A stretch of DNA of 64,000 bases from Bacillota bacterium (GCA_050952625.1 JBMNLH010000001.1:96001-160000), one strand, 5' to 3'. Positions 47,880-58,488 are shown, numbered from the stretch's first letter. Numbers and translations: made by a program. Notes: generated from the letters alone by a model not told the origin.

Positions 47880-49191
47880 TTGTTTTTGGTGAGGAAACTC
47901 AGATTAGGTCTTGTATTAGCGTTGGTCATTAGTCTAGTATGTTGTCTCCCGGCATTGGCCGATGAGGGAATGAATCTGAAAATTAATGAACGGGATATTT
48001 TTGTACCAAATGCCTATGTAGACAATGGAACCACCATGATTCCGCTTGATATTCTTTCTAAGATTGCCGGCACCAGTGATCAATGGATTGACGACAATAA
48101 GGTTGCCATAACCGGCAATAACAAAACAATTACATTGACTATTGGGAGTACACAAGCAGTTAGTGGAGATGAGACTCTAACTATTACCCAGGCTCCGGTC
48201 AAGACGGACACTGATGTCTTTGTTCCCTTGCGTTTCTTAGCTAGTGAATTCGGTTTTACTGTCAACTGGGATCAAGAGAATCAAAAGGCCTTGCTAGACC
48301 GCGTGCAAACCCGCGATGGCATGACTGCGATGGAGTTATTGATCAAGTCCAATCAAGCGAGTCAAGCTGTTAACACCTTTGCCATGGACGGGACAATGCA
48401 AATTAGTCTCAAGGCAGTAGCAGATGGAGAATCAATGCTAGATCCATCGATGAATATGACAACTTACTTAGAGGGTTCGGTACAAAATGAGCCGCTGCAG
48501 GCTTACATTAAACAAAAAGTGGCTATTAGCGGCCAGCAACCAATTGAAGATATGGAAGATATGGTCGTGGAAACCTATATGACCGAGGATAAGATGTACA
48601 TGAAAGCCCCCGGACAGGGATGGATGGCAATGGATCTGCCTTTCCCCAGCGACTATATTAAAGAACAGCAGGAGCTTCAATCTAATCCGCTAATAGCAGC
48701 AGAACAGATGCAAGAGATGGGGCTGGTCTTTAGTTTTGGCGATGACGTAAGTATTGATGGAAAAGATTATTATGTGGTCAACACCATAATTGATCAGGAA
48801 AAGTTTCAGGATGTCTATCAGCAAACCTTAACAGAAGTTCTGGGCACGATGGAACCGGAATCAGTTGAAGATGCGGCCGTTTTTGAGCAAATGAATAAGA
48901 TATTTGACGGGGCGGATATCAATTATTTCTACACAGTTTATATTGATAAAACAAACCTTATCAGTAGTATAGTTGATTTTGATTGCCAACTAAACCTGAA
49001 CATCAACCCAAAGGAATTTGCAACGGATGAGGAAGCAGCCAGTGAGGATATTCCAGAAAAAGTTGCCATTAATATGCTAATGAAGGGGACCTTTAACATT
49101 AAAGACCTGGATCAGCCCTTTGTGGCCCCCGGATGTTAGCGAGGCTACTGAATTTAATCCATACGATCCCGCAATGGAAAGTGTAGAATAA
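47880..49191 (+). CDS. Secreted protein with copper amine oxidase N-terminal-like domain; +1 frameshift near 49126
   Basis: Signal peptide, TMIPL and VFVPLRFLASEFGFTVNWD motifs. Removing one C from CCCCC gives VAPDVSEATEFNPYDPAMESVE* (TAA 49189-49191). Confidence 0.8.
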
Positions 49192-49427
49192 TCTTTTGAG
49201 TGAAGTTTAATAGTCGAGTATAGTAAAAATGATAATCAACAAGTTAACCCCTACTTAAAGAAGTAGGGGTTTTTTGAACTCAGATATACTCTAAAGGGGG
49301 CGTTTTGCCCCCTTGGGAATTAAAATAAAGAAGGCTCATCTCGGGAAGAAAAGGATTGGGATTAGGTTTTAAATTGAGAAGAGCCAAAATATCATTAAAG
49401 CACAGACAGTTAAAAAAACTAAACAAA

Positions 49428-49464
49428 TAAGGCTAAGCTTATTGGAATAGCAAAGCTTAGCCTT
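49428..49464 (-). terminator. Terminator downstream of the Moco-like riboswitch
   Basis: AAGGCTAAGCTT...AAGCTTAGCCTT, followed by a T-rich tract on the minus strand. Confidence 0.7.
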
Positions 49465-49487
49465 TTAAGACAAGTTAAAAGACACCT

Positions 49488-49605
49488 CAAGCTCTACTTT
49501 CCAAAAGGGAGGCGCAACCGTTTCCCGTTACACCCTATCGGCCTATTAACCATACTTCAAAGCATGTAACTTCAAAGCTACAGGTGAATAGGCTCGTAGA
49601 GAACA
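49488..49605 (-). ncRNA. Moco/Tuco-type riboswitch-like RNA (orphan)
   Basis: Minus strand reads CTCTACGAGCCTATTCACC...TATGGTTAATAGGC..AGGGT..GGGAAAC..GCCTCCCTTTTGGAAAGTAGAG. It matches Moco motif blocks and has a P1 CTCTAC/GTAGAG stem. Confidence 0.7.
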
Positions 49606-49630
49606 TAGCATAATTCAGGTTGTCTATATT

Positions 49631-49659
49631 ATTCTAAACCAAAACGTTGATTTCTTCAA
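49631..49659 (-). promoter_or_regulatory. SigA promoter of the riboswitch RNA
   Basis: Minus strand TTGAAG-N17-TAGAAT. Confidence 0.6.
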
Positions 49660-49767
49660 CTAGTAATATTAAGAACATGGCTCACGAACTAAACGATGAT
49701 AAAGTATGTAAGCATGAAAATCAAGGTGTTTTTAACGGATTTTTTGAACTAAGCGATTAGAAATTAT

Positions 49768-50613
49768 TTAGTCTGCAAAAAGCTGGTCCGCTGGCAATTG
49801 ATTGTTTTTTGCTTCCAGGTAAAGCCCGAGCAGAACAAAGCCGATGGTGCATAGGGCAATGCATATTCCCGGCGGCAGGTACCAGTACCACATGCCATTA
49901 AAAAACCCGCCCCGTTTGAAAGCGTAGTGGATCATGCCCCCCCAGCTGATTCTGGCTGGATCACCCAGGCCGAGAAAGCTTAAAGAAGCTTCGCTGAGCA
50001 TCGCCCCGGCGACACTGAGGACAAACTTGGCGGCTACCACTTCCGTAACGTTCGGAAAGATATGGTGAAGAATGATTGAGCGGTTGGGAAGGCCAACTGC
50101 TTTGGCCGCTTCAATAAACGGCATTTCTCGCAATTGCAGTACTTTGGCGCGGACCACCCGGGCGGTTGAACACCAGCCCAACAGGCCAACGACCAGGACG
50201 ATATTCCAAATGCTCGGCCCCAGGTAGGCCGCGAGAATGACCATTAGCGGCAGGAAAGGGATGAGCAGAAAAATATCAATAATTCCGGTCGTCAGATCGC
50301 CGATTGCTCCTCGGTAGTACCCGGAGAGCAGGCCAACTCCGGTCCCAATGAACACAGAAATCAGGGCCGCCACCAATCCCACCAGCAGAGAGATGCGGCT
50401 GGCGAACAAGAGTTCAGAAAAAATATCGTAGCCCATGTCATTGGTGCCAAGCACGTGCGTCCCAGAAGGCGGTAAAAAGACCGGAAAACTGGTGCTGGTT
50501 GAATGCGGGGCCAGGAATTCGGCTAGCAAGGCGGCCCCTCCGAAGGTCAACAAGATCAAGCAACCGACTAGGCCGAATAAATTGTTCTTTGTTTGTTCCA
50601 TGGGTTCTAACAA
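49768..50613 (-). CDS. ABC permease (DppC/NikC type)
   Basis: HVLGTNDMGYDIFS, FIEAAKAVG (EAA loop), SLSFLGLG. Confidence 0.92.
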   Translation of the reverse strand: MLEPMEQTKNNLFGLVGCLILLTFGGAALLAEFLAPHSTSTSFPVFLPPSGTHVLGTNDMGYDIFSELLFASRISLLVGLVAALISVFIGTGVGLLSGYYRGAIGDLTTGIIDIFLLIPFLPLMVILAAYLGPSIWNIVLVVGLLGWCSTARVVRAKVLQLREMPFIEAAKAVGLPNRSIILHHIFPNVTEVVAAKFVLSVAGAMLSEASLSFLGLGDPARISWGGMIHYAFKRGGFFNGMWYWYLPPGICIALCTIGFVLLGLYLEAKNNQLPADQLFAD

Positions 50614-50902
50614 AGGTGGTTGCCTCCGTCATTGGTGATTTCGTCATATTCCTAGATGACGTCATATTCCTAGCTGCCATAGCAAAAAGGACACTGCAGA
50701 AAAGCAGCTTCCTGGGTTTTTGCTTTTTTTATGAATCTGAAAGCCAACTTTAAGGCTTGTCTGCAGCCGTCTTCGGGGTTTTTGCATTTATTTTATGAAT
50801 TCGAAAGCCTCGATACCGGCGGTTGCAAATAATGATGATGTCTAATGCGGGTCAGATAATTATCGGTTTTTTGTGTTGTTTTGTATGACCACTGCCGCAT
50901 AC

Positions 50903-51865
50903 CTAAGCCCTGACCCGGGGATCCAAGACTCCGTAAAGCAGGTCGACCATCAGATTGGCCCCGATCACCACCAGGGTTAGCACCAGAAAACAGGCCTGCA
51001 GGACCGGATAATCTCGGTACAGGGCGGCTTCATAGATCAGCAAGCCCATGCCGTTTATCGAAAAAACGATCTCGACCAGCAACGCCCCGGACACCATAAA
51101 GCCCAAATTCAAGGCAATCAGGCTGAGCAAGGGTAAACAGGCATTGCGCAGCACATGCACGAACAAGATCCTTTTTTCGTCAATTCCTTTGGCCAGGGCG
51201 TACCGGACATAATCATCCTGCCGGATTCGGGCCACTGAATTGCGCATCACCAGAAATTTCGTCGATGTCGCAGCGAGAGTCAAGACCGTAACCGGCAAAA
51301 CCAGGTGCCTGACGGTATCCAGCACGGCCCCGAGGAAGGTATGGCTGGTGCCTGACTGGATGCTGCCCAAAGGGAACCAGCCTAGATAAAAGCCAAAGAG
51401 GCTCAGCAAGATCATGGCCAGCAGAAACTGAGGCATGGCGTAGGTTAATAAAGAACCCAGGGTTAAGGTCAGGTCCAGGCGTGATCCCGGCCGCCAGCCG
51501 GCCAGACAGCCCAGCCAGAGGGACAGGAGGGTGGACAAGATTAATGCCGGCCCTAATAACAGCAGGGTCCAACCCAAATGCTTTTGGATTAACTGGGCCA
51601 CCGGTTGGTGGTAATGAAAGGAATAACCGAGATCGCCGCTTAACAGCGAATGCCAGTAGTGCCGGTACTGGACCAGCAGGGGTTGATCCAGTCCGTATTC
51701 CCGTGCCAATTGGGCATAGTCCTGCTGGCTAAGGGCGGCCGCGTCCGGCCCTAGCATCATCACGACCGGATTGCCGGGCATCAGGCGGGGGATCAAAAAA
51801 TTCAGGGTAATTATAATTAACATGCAGGCCAATAGCCGCAGGGTTTTGCTAATAAAGTACCGCAT
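50903..51865 (-). CDS. ABC permease (DppB/NikB type)
   Basis: MPGNPV, GLDQPL..QY, GDLGYS, RDYPVLQ, DLLYGVLDPR. Confidence 0.92.
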   Translation of the reverse strand: MRYFISKTLRLLACMLIIITLNFLIPRLMPGNPVVMMLGPDAAALSQQDYAQLAREYGLDQPLLVQYRHYWHSLLSGDLGYSFHYHQPVAQLIQKHLGWTLLLLGPALILSTLLSLWLGCLAGWRPGSRLDLTLTLGSLLTYAMPQFLLAMILLSLFGFYLGWFPLGSIQSGTSHTFLGAVLDTVRHLVLPVTVLTLAATSTKFLVMRNSVARIRQDDYVRYALAKGIDEKRILFVHVLRNACLPLLSLIALNLGFMVSGALLVEIVFSINGMGLLIYEAALYRDYPVLQACFLVLTLVVIGANLMVDLLYGVLDPRVRA

Positions 51866-51986
51866 TTATTCAGCTCGTCTCAATCCTGTTTTCACCACAT
51901 ACAACATCTCTTCAAAATTTTAAAACCACCTGATCAAAGCTATCAGGGTTTGTACTAACCGCCCATGTCAGCTTACACTTGTTTCC

Positions 51987-52823
51987 TTAATCGGCTTTCC
52001 ACCACATTACCGCGATGGTTTCGTCCATGAAATCATCACAATAGCCGTCTTGCGCTCGGTCCATGAGGAAGTCCTGGATCTTGGTTTCCACTTCCTTTCC
52101 TTCCTGGCCGAAGATTTTAAAATAGCAAGTGTAGTGTTTGAGCAGATAGGCCAAAGGTTCCCGGTACTGGTGGCGATGGCTAAAAAATTTCAGATTGGGC
52201 AGATACCCCGCTTGATAAAGGATATTAAAAGGGTACTGCACATCAAAGGCCCGGCTTTGAATTGCTTGTCCCATGATGTGTTCCCATAGTTGGTTGCGCA
52301 AGGCAAAGTTATAAGGGCCCGCAAAAGTGACCAAACAGCAGAAGCGTCGCGCGACCTGGTTCATTTTCATCAGACTCGGGTAATCATGGATGGCCGGGGT
52401 TTTGGCGGCAAACACCAAATCATAAGTTGGTTCACTCGGAAATTCGCGCCAATCAATCGGCGCAATCTCTAGACGATCCTCAACGCCGCAGTGCCGCGCT
52501 TCTTTTTGTAGTATCTCCAGCATCGGCTCAGATAGATCCAAGCCGGTAACCTGCTTGGCCTGCGCCGCTAAAGCCAGCGTGTAGGTCCCCGGGCCGCACC
52601 CGATATCCAGGACCCGGCTTTCTGGATTAACAACCCCTTCATTAAACAGGTACTTGACCACGGCATCCGCTGCCGGCCGGGACTGCCGATTTCTCAGGGC
52701 ATAGTGTTCGGCAAAAAGGTCCCAAAAATCCCGCCAGCCCTGCTCATTGTGGTAACCTGACCCCAGGGAGGAAGTGCGCCGCGCTTCCTGCCAGGTTTTG
52801 GCCCAAAACTGTGCGTCATACAC
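51987..52823 (-). CDS. Class I SAM-dependent methyltransferase
   Basis: VLDIGCGPG, GLDLSEPML, YDLVFA. Confidence 0.9.
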   Translation of the reverse strand: MYDAQFWAKTWQEARRTSSLGSGYHNEQGWRDFWDLFAEHYALRNRQSRPAADAVVKYLFNEGVVNPESRVLDIGCGPGTYTLALAAQAKQVTGLDLSEPMLEILQKEARHCGVEDRLEIAPIDWREFPSEPTYDLVFAAKTPAIHDYPSLMKMNQVARRFCCLVTFAGPYNFALRNQLWEHIMGQAIQSRAFDVQYPFNILYQAGYLPNLKFFSHRHQYREPLAYLLKHYTCYFKIFGQEGKEVETKIQDFLMDRAQDGYCDDFMDETIAVMWWKAD

Positions 52824-52826
52824 TGT

Positions 52827-54461
52827 TTACTGCACCTGCCTTAAACTAAACCAGGTTCCCTCGTTCAAAAAACCATACATTGGATCAACCTGCCAGCCTT
52901 CAAACCGGGTATTGTACGGCTGAATCAAGGTGTTCCAGTACAAGGGGATGACCGGAAGCCGCTCCGCTATATATCGCTGGTAAGCGGCGGCTTCTTTTTT
53001 GTATTGTTCTTGATCCAGGGTTAGGATCATTTTATCCACCAAGGCCTGGAAAGCCGGATCCGTCACCATGCACCAGCCGATATTCCGGGCATCTAGATAA
53101 CCGGAGCCATAACCGCCCCACATCATCATGCCCCAGGCGGTAGTTCGGGTCAGCAGGCTGACGTGTGATCGCTCCACGTCGCTGATCGTTCGGAACACGG
53201 TGGTGTCAACCACTTTGACGTTTAACTTAACCCCGACTGCTGCCAGGTTCTGCTTTAATAAGTCGGCAATTCGCGCATTCTCCGCGATATCATTCCGGAC
53301 CACAATCTCCAGTTCAAGTGGCTGTCCGTCTTTTTCCCGGACACCATCCTGGTTGCGGTCCTGGTAACCCAGTTCATCCAGGATTTGCTTCGCTTGGTCC
53401 GGCGCGTACGTTAATTGGCGGGTTTCGATGAAACCGGGCGTCCCCTGGGGCACAAAACCAGCCTGAGGAATCGAGCCATAGCCAGCCCCAAACAGGCGGA
53501 GCATTTCTGGATAATCAATGGCGTAGCTCAGGGCTTCTCTAAACCGGGGGCTATCGACCGGTGGTTTCTGAGTATTAAAAAAAAGCGCATTGGGAATCCC
53601 CTGGTTTTCTATTAGGTGCAGCTTTATATCCTGACTCTGGGTCAGATTAGCCGCGTATAACGGGTCGGTCCCGGCCGCGTAGAAGTAGGGCAGATCGATT
53701 TCTCCTTTTTGCAAGGCCAGGTACATCGTATCCGGGTTTTTGAATAAACGGAATTTTATTTGTTGAATATTAGGGGTCCCGCGGTAGTAGTTTTCGTTGG
53801 CCCGAAAAGTGAGAACCCCGGCTGCTTCGTCAAAACTTTCGAAAATATAGGGTCCGCAGCCAATGGTTGCTTGTTTGTCGTTAAACTCCTTTGGTTTATC
53901 AATGCTGGCAAAGATATGTTTGGGGAGGGTCCGCAGGACCACCAGGTTGGCCAGGATCCGCGCATTTGGCTCGCTAAGTTTCACAATTACCGTTTGGTCA
54001 TCAGGGGCCTCCACGGTCTCAATCTGCTGAAAGTGACTCTGGTAAACCGGTATTTTGGCCGGCAGGTACTCTAAACTAAACGCCACGTCCGCCGCGGTTA
54101 CCGGCTGACCATCGTGCCAGGTAATCCCCGGCTTCAGCTTAAAGGTCCAGATTTGGGCATCCTGGCTTTCCCAGGATTCCGCCAGAGCCCCGGTATAATT
54201 GCCCGGCTCATCAAAGGCCACCAATCCCAGGTGAGTCAGGGCCCCCCGCATAATCCCAAAATAGTAATCATCAATATTTATCCCTTTTACATCCATGGTG
54301 GTGCCAATGGTTAAAGTTGAGACTGAGTTCGCGTTTGGTTCTTGATCGGCCCGAAACAAACTGTAGCCGGGCAGAACCAGGATCAGGCCGAGCAACAAAG
54401 AAAAAACAACCACCCGGCACAAATGTTTAACGTTACGTATCTGGTTGATGAACAGTTGCAT
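52827..54461 (-). CDS. ABC substrate-binding protein, family 5 (NikA/DppA/OppA)
   Basis: LAESW, FKLKPGITWHDGQPVTAADV, IGCGPY, FREALSYAID. Confidence 0.92.
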   Translation of the reverse strand: MQLFINQIRNVKHLCRVVVFSLLLGLILVLPGYSLFRADQEPNANSVSTLTIGTTMDVKGINIDDYYFGIMRGALTHLGLVAFDEPGNYTGALAESWESQDAQIWTFKLKPGITWHDGQPVTAADVAFSLEYLPAKIPVYQSHFQQIETVEAPDDQTVIVKLSEPNARILANLVVLRTLPKHIFASIDKPKEFNDKQATIGCGPYIFESFDEAAGVLTFRANENYYRGTPNIQQIKFRLFKNPDTMYLALQKGEIDLPYFYAAGTDPLYAANLTQSQDIKLHLIENQGIPNALFFNTQKPPVDSPRFREALSYAIDYPEMLRLFGAGYGSIPQAGFVPQGTPGFIETRQLTYAPDQAKQILDELGYQDRNQDGVREKDGQPLELEIVVRNDIAENARIADLLKQNLAAVGVKLNVKVVDTTVFRTISDVERSHVSLLTRTTAWGMMMWGGYGSGYLDARNIGWCMVTDPAFQALVDKMILTLDQEQYKKEAAAYQRYIAERLPVIPLYWNTLIQPYNTRFEGWQVDPMYGFLNEGTWFSLRQVQ

Positions 54462-54492
54462 GGAATTCCTCCTTCATTACCACGCTGCCACA

Positions 54493-54645
54493 ACCACAGG
54501 GACGGTTCTTATGGCTGGCAAACAAAATGCTGCCCCGGCTGCCGCGGGGACGGTTCCTGTGGTTGGCAAACAACGATTTTTGTGACTGACAAACAACGAT
54601 TCTTATGGTAGACAAACAACAATTCCTATGGCCTGAAAATAAGAA
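54493..54645. repeat. GGGACGGTTC-type tandem repeats (~23-bp units)
   Basis: gacggttcttatggctggcaaacaa, gacggttcctgtggttggcaaacaa, cgatttttgtgactgacaaacaa and cgattcttatggtagacaaacaa; related to 16205-16300. Confidence 0.7.
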
Positions 54646-54812
54646 CATATCATTAAAGTAATTTAAAAAAGAAGAGGATGTGAAAAAAGGTTAAAAAACG
54701 GATTCAGATCAACTAATTATCTGGGTTAACGAGTTTATTTGGGGTTAACTAATCTATCTGGCGCACTAGTCTGTTTGCTCATTTATGTATTGATAATGTT
54801 TTACGTATTGGA

Positions 54813-55610
54813 TTAACTAATTGTCTGGGGCACTAAGCTGGGCCGTGGCTGAATTAAACCAGGTCCCGGTGAAAGCTGCCACTGTTTATTGGATTTAGCC
54901 AAAACTGTGGACGGTTCACCAACTGCCACAATTTGTCCGGCCTGGATCAAGGCAACTCGGTCGCAGCAAGACTTGATTACGGAAGGGTCATGCGAGATTA
55001 ACAAAATACTGATGCCCCGTTCTTGCTGCAATACTTTTAACAGCCTCAGTATTTGTGCTTGAACCGAGACATCCAGCATAGACGTGGGTTCATCAGCAAT
55101 AATGATTTCCGGTTCCATGCCTAATGACCGAGCAATTATTACCCTTTGAGCTTGACCGCCGGATATTTGGCGGGGATAACGTTCTAACACCTCCTCGGAT
55201 AAATTAGTCAAAGCCATTAAATCGGCCGCTTTTGCTCTGGCTTGCTCACGTGTTTTCACTAAGCCGTGCCTAAACCACGGCTCGGTCAGGGATTCCCAGA
55301 CCGTTCGGCGCGGATTAAGGGCTAAGGTTGGCTGCTGGAAGATCAACTGTATTTTCTGCCGGTAGGGTTGAAAACGGTTAAGCGGCAGGGCCGTTAAATC
55401 AGTGCCTTGATAAATAACCCGGCCGGCCGATGGTTCCAGCAATCGAACCAAGAGCCGGGCAAGCGTCGATTTGCCGCTACCGCTGTTCCCAATAAGGCCA
55501 AAGGCTTCACCCGGCCTGAGCGTAAAACTCACATCGTTAACTGCTTGAACCGTCGTTGTTTTAAACAAGCCGCTTTTAAACTTTTTGGTCAGATTCTCCA
55601 CGACCAGCAC
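54813..55610 (-). CDS. ABC ATP-binding protein (DppF/NikE type)
   Basis: GNSGSGKST, ISGGQAQR, ADEPTSMLD. Confidence 0.92.
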   Translation of the reverse strand: MLVVENLTKKFKSGLFKTTTVQAVNDVSFTLRPGEAFGLIGNSGSGKSTLARLLVRLLEPSAGRVIYQGTDLTALPLNRFQPYRQKIQLIFQQPTLALNPRRTVWESLTEPWFRHGLVKTREQARAKAADLMALTNLSEEVLERYPRQISGGQAQRVIIARSLGMEPEIIIADEPTSMLDVSVQAQILRLLKVLQQERGISILLISHDPSVIKSCCDRVALIQAGQIVAVGEPSTVLAKSNKQWQLSPGPGLIQPRPSLVPQTIS

Positions 55611-56568
55611 AAAAACACCTCACCATAGATTGGTTATTAATAGACTGGTTTTTTATAGTCTGGTTTTTCCTGATTAATTCAGGATGTTCCTGTTGACAGA
55701 TAGCTTGAGCTAGACTACATCTAGGATGAAAACGGCAGCCGCGCAGATCCTCGGTAAGACTGGGCGACAAGCCAGGGATGGGGGTCATCCCCTGATCTGG
55801 ATGTGCCGCCAGCAGACCGGCTGTATAGGGGTGCCGCGGTGTATTTAAGATGCTGGCCTGCGGGCCAGTCTCCACAATCTCACCGGCGTACATGACCATC
55901 ACTTCATCGCAGCGCGCCGCCACATCCAGGTCGTGAGTTATCAGCAGCAGGGCGCAGTCCCGGTAAAGCGAAGTGATCAGGTCCAGATACTTATTCCGTA
56001 ACGCCACATCCAGTCCCCGTGTTGGTTCATCCGCTACCACCAGCCGAGGGTTGCCGGCTAAACCGATGGCTAGCAGCACTCGTTGGGCCATCCCCCCGGA
56101 GAGTTCATGGGGGTACCGGTGAATAAGCGTTGACGGCTCTGGCAAGCCGACTTTTTCCAACAACTCAAGGACTCGCGCCTTCCTGAGTTTTTTTTCCGCT
56201 AAACCACACCGGCGGACCGCTTCGTCTACTTGGTATCCAATGCTCAACACCGGGTTCAGGCAATCCAGCGGATTCTGAGGAATCAGGACCAGGTCCTGCC
56301 CCCGTAAACCAGCCATTTCTTTATTGGATAAGCGGAGCAAATCAGCACCGGCATAAAAGATTTTTCCCTGAACTAGCGCGCCCGGAGGCAATAGACGAAA
56401 AATAGCCAGCGACAGAACGGATTTGCCACTGCCGCTCTCGCCCAGAATGGCCACCTTGCTGTTCGCTTTTAGATCAAAGCTTACGGTGTTTAATGCTTTA
56501 ACTGGTTGGCTTGGGGCTGGAAATACAATTTGCAATTCTTGGACCTTTAATAGCTGCTGCTCAATCAT
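55576..56568 (-). CDS. ABC ATP-binding protein (DppD/NikD type)
   Basis: GESGSGKS, YPHELSGGMAQR, HPYT, GCRFHPRC. Confidence 0.92.
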   Translation of the reverse strand: MIEQQLLKVQELQIVFPAPSQPVKALNTVSFDLKANSKVAILGESGSGKSVLSLAIFRLLPPGALVQGKIFYAGADLLRLSNKEMAGLRGQDLVLIPQNPLDCLNPVLSIGYQVDEAVRRCGLAEKKLRKARVLELLEKVGLPEPSTLIHRYPHELSGGMAQRVLLAIGLAGNPRLVVADEPTRGLDVALRNKYLDLITSLYRDCALLLITHDLDVAARCDEVMVMYAGEIVETGPQASILNTPRHPYTAGLLAAHPDQGMTPIPGLSPSLTEDLRGCRFHPRCSLAQAICQQEHPELIRKNQTIKNQSINNQSMVRCFCAGRGESDQKV

Positions 56569-56681
56569 AAATTTAACAATGCTTTGAGTTTAGATTTGAA
56601 TCGCTCTGCAGAATACAATTAGGTACGCAGAATTAAATTAGGTACGTTGAAATAAAGGCGTTTAAAAAGGCGCGTTGACGC

Positions 56682-56709
56682 GTAACACGAAATTTCATTT
56701 TTGTGATAC
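56682..56709. promoter_or_regulatory. NikR-type operator
   Basis: GTAACA-N16-TGATAC within CGTAACAC...GTGATACG, the same geometry as NikR GTATGA-N16-TCATAC; upstream of the ABC operon. Confidence 0.6.
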
Positions 56710-57097
56710 GCGGTCTGTCATTAATGATTCGTTACCGGATAATAAAATCCTGCTTGCCTTAAGCAATTTAGTTAAAAAATTTTTTCAGCCTTTCTGTTGT
56801 GACCGCGCTGGAGGACAAAAAATCCTACTTCGGTGGCTTTGTGCCGGTTCTTTGCGTCTTAACAGGTCGAATCATGAGAGAAATTTTCGGCAGGGGCGAC
56901 AGACCTTGTGCCGGTTCTTTGCGTTCCAGCAAGTGCTGGACAAAAGATATTAAGTCGGTGGTCTTGCTACACCCTTTATGGCGCGGGTTTCGATCACAGG
57001 GAAAATTTGCGAGTAAGCTATTGGACAGGAGAACACCTTTCACAGCATGGGTTCCGATCACCATAATCGACTGTTAAATGCTCTATAGGCTTAAACA

Positions 57098-57146
57098 AAG
57101 AAGCCCCCACCTATAGAAGTGGGAGTCTTTTGATTCAGATCAAAAA
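57098..57146 (+). repeat. Partial palindromic element (IS605-like end hairpin)
   Basis: AAGAAGCCCCCACCTATAGAAGTGGGAGTCTTTTGATTCAGATC. Confidence 0.65.
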
Positions 57147-57158
57147 TCTCTAAATTAT

Positions 57159-57264
57159 AACCTTGCGGATCTAAACCTTACGGATTTAAACCTTACGAAT
57201 TTAAACCTTACGGATTTAAACCTTACGGATCTAAAACCTCGCAGATCTAAAGCTTTACGGATCT
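57159..57264. repeat. 15-bp tandem repeat (~7 units, AAACCTTACGGATYT)
   Basis: Units start at 57159, 57173, 57188, 57203, 57218, 57233 and 57249; the last overlaps the stop of the deacetylase gene. Confidence 0.9.
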
Positions 57265-58358
57265 ATAACCTCACTAACTGTGCCAAACTGATAACCGCGT
57301 CGGGTAATTTCTTCGATTAAGCCGGGCAAAGCCTGAGGCGTATCCGGCGCGGCATTGTGCATTAAGATAATAGCCCCATTTTTCAAGTTGTCGAGCACTC
57401 TTCGGGTAACCGCCTCCGGTCCCGGGTTTTGCCAATCGAGGGAATCGACGGTCCACATAATTGTCGAGTACCCCAGTTCAGACGCAACATTGAGTAAGGT
57501 CTGATTGTACTCACCGAAAGGCGGCCTGAAGAGTTTAGCCGAGCTCCCGGTTACTGCATTGATGGCTTGTTCTGCCTCGGTTATCTGCTGCCGCATCTCA
57601 GCGGCGGTCAGTTCGGTCATGTGCGCATGAGTCTGGGCATGGTTGCCGATTTCATGCCCGGCGTTATTGATGGCCCTTAATAAGTCAGGGTAATTCTGGG
57701 CCCAGATGCCAGAGATAAACCAGGTTGCTCTAATCCCGTTCTGACGCAGAATATTTAAGAGTGCTTCAGTCTGGTTATCGCCATAGGTAGCATCAAAAGT
57801 AAAAGCAATCATCGCTTTATCAGCATTGCCCTGAAAGATTGCGGTGGCTGGCGGGGCCGTTGGAATGATGATCTGTTGGCCGACGCGCAGGTTGTTGGGG
57901 TCGATACCCGGATTTGCTCTGAGAATTGCCTCGACGCTGGTGCCGTAACGCCGGGCAAGAGCGTACAGGGTATCACCAGCTCTGATGGTATAGCGAATTT
58001 CTCCTGGGGGCACCTCCGGAACGGTCGCACTGGCTGGCAGCAGCAATTGCTGGCCGGGGTAGATCAGGTTAGGATTCGATATTCTATTTAATTGGACAAT
58101 CTCATTCACCGTCACCCCAGTTCTTCTGGCAATGGCGTACAGAGTATCCCCTGGCTGCACGATGTAGGTCTTTAGTCCCGGCGGTGTCGGTGGCGGCTCG
58201 GTTTCTCTGACGGTTATCAGAAGCCTTTGTCCGGGGTAGATTAAATCGGGGTTAGTTAGTCTATTCTGGCTAATTATGGACTGGGGCGTTACCCCATAAC
58301 GCCGGGCAATATCATAAACCGTGTCTCCGGGCTGGACAAAATAGACAATAATAGGCAT
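57255..58358 (-). CDS. 3x LysM + NodB polysaccharide/peptidoglycan deacetylase
   Basis: Three VQPGDT..IARRYG-type LysM repeats; FTFDA, HEIGNH..H, FRPPFG, DSLDW, IILMH. Confidence 0.93.
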   Translation of the reverse strand: MPIIVYFVQPGDTVYDIARRYGVTPQSIISQNRLTNPDLIYPGQRLLITVRETEPPPTPPGLKTYIVQPGDTLYAIARRTGVTVNEIVQLNRISNPNLIYPGQQLLLPASATVPEVPPGEIRYTIRAGDTLYALARRYGTSVEAILRANPGIDPNNLRVGQQIIIPTAPPATAIFQGNADKAMIAFTFDATYGDNQTEALLNILRQNGIRATWFISGIWAQNYPDLLRAINNAGHEIGNHAQTHAHMTELTAAEMRQQITEAEQAINAVTGSSAKLFRPPFGEYNQTLLNVASELGYSTIMWTVDSLDWQNPGPEAVTRRVLDNLKNGAIILMHNAAPDTPQALPGLIEEITRRGYQFGTVSEVIDP

Positions 58359-58488
58359 GGGAAATCCACCCTTCTTTTGGTGATCTTAGGTCATTATATG
58401 TGTAAGAAACCTCGGGGGTGTTTTAATTTGGTTCTTTAATAGAATAGCTTTCGGTGCAGAGCGGGAAATGCTGCTGGCGGGGAGGGAT

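Noticed and set aside
50690-50830. Duplicated ~45-bp segment between the permease genes as an IS remnant
   Set aside because: No terminal inverted repeats or transposase signature; probably a local duplication.
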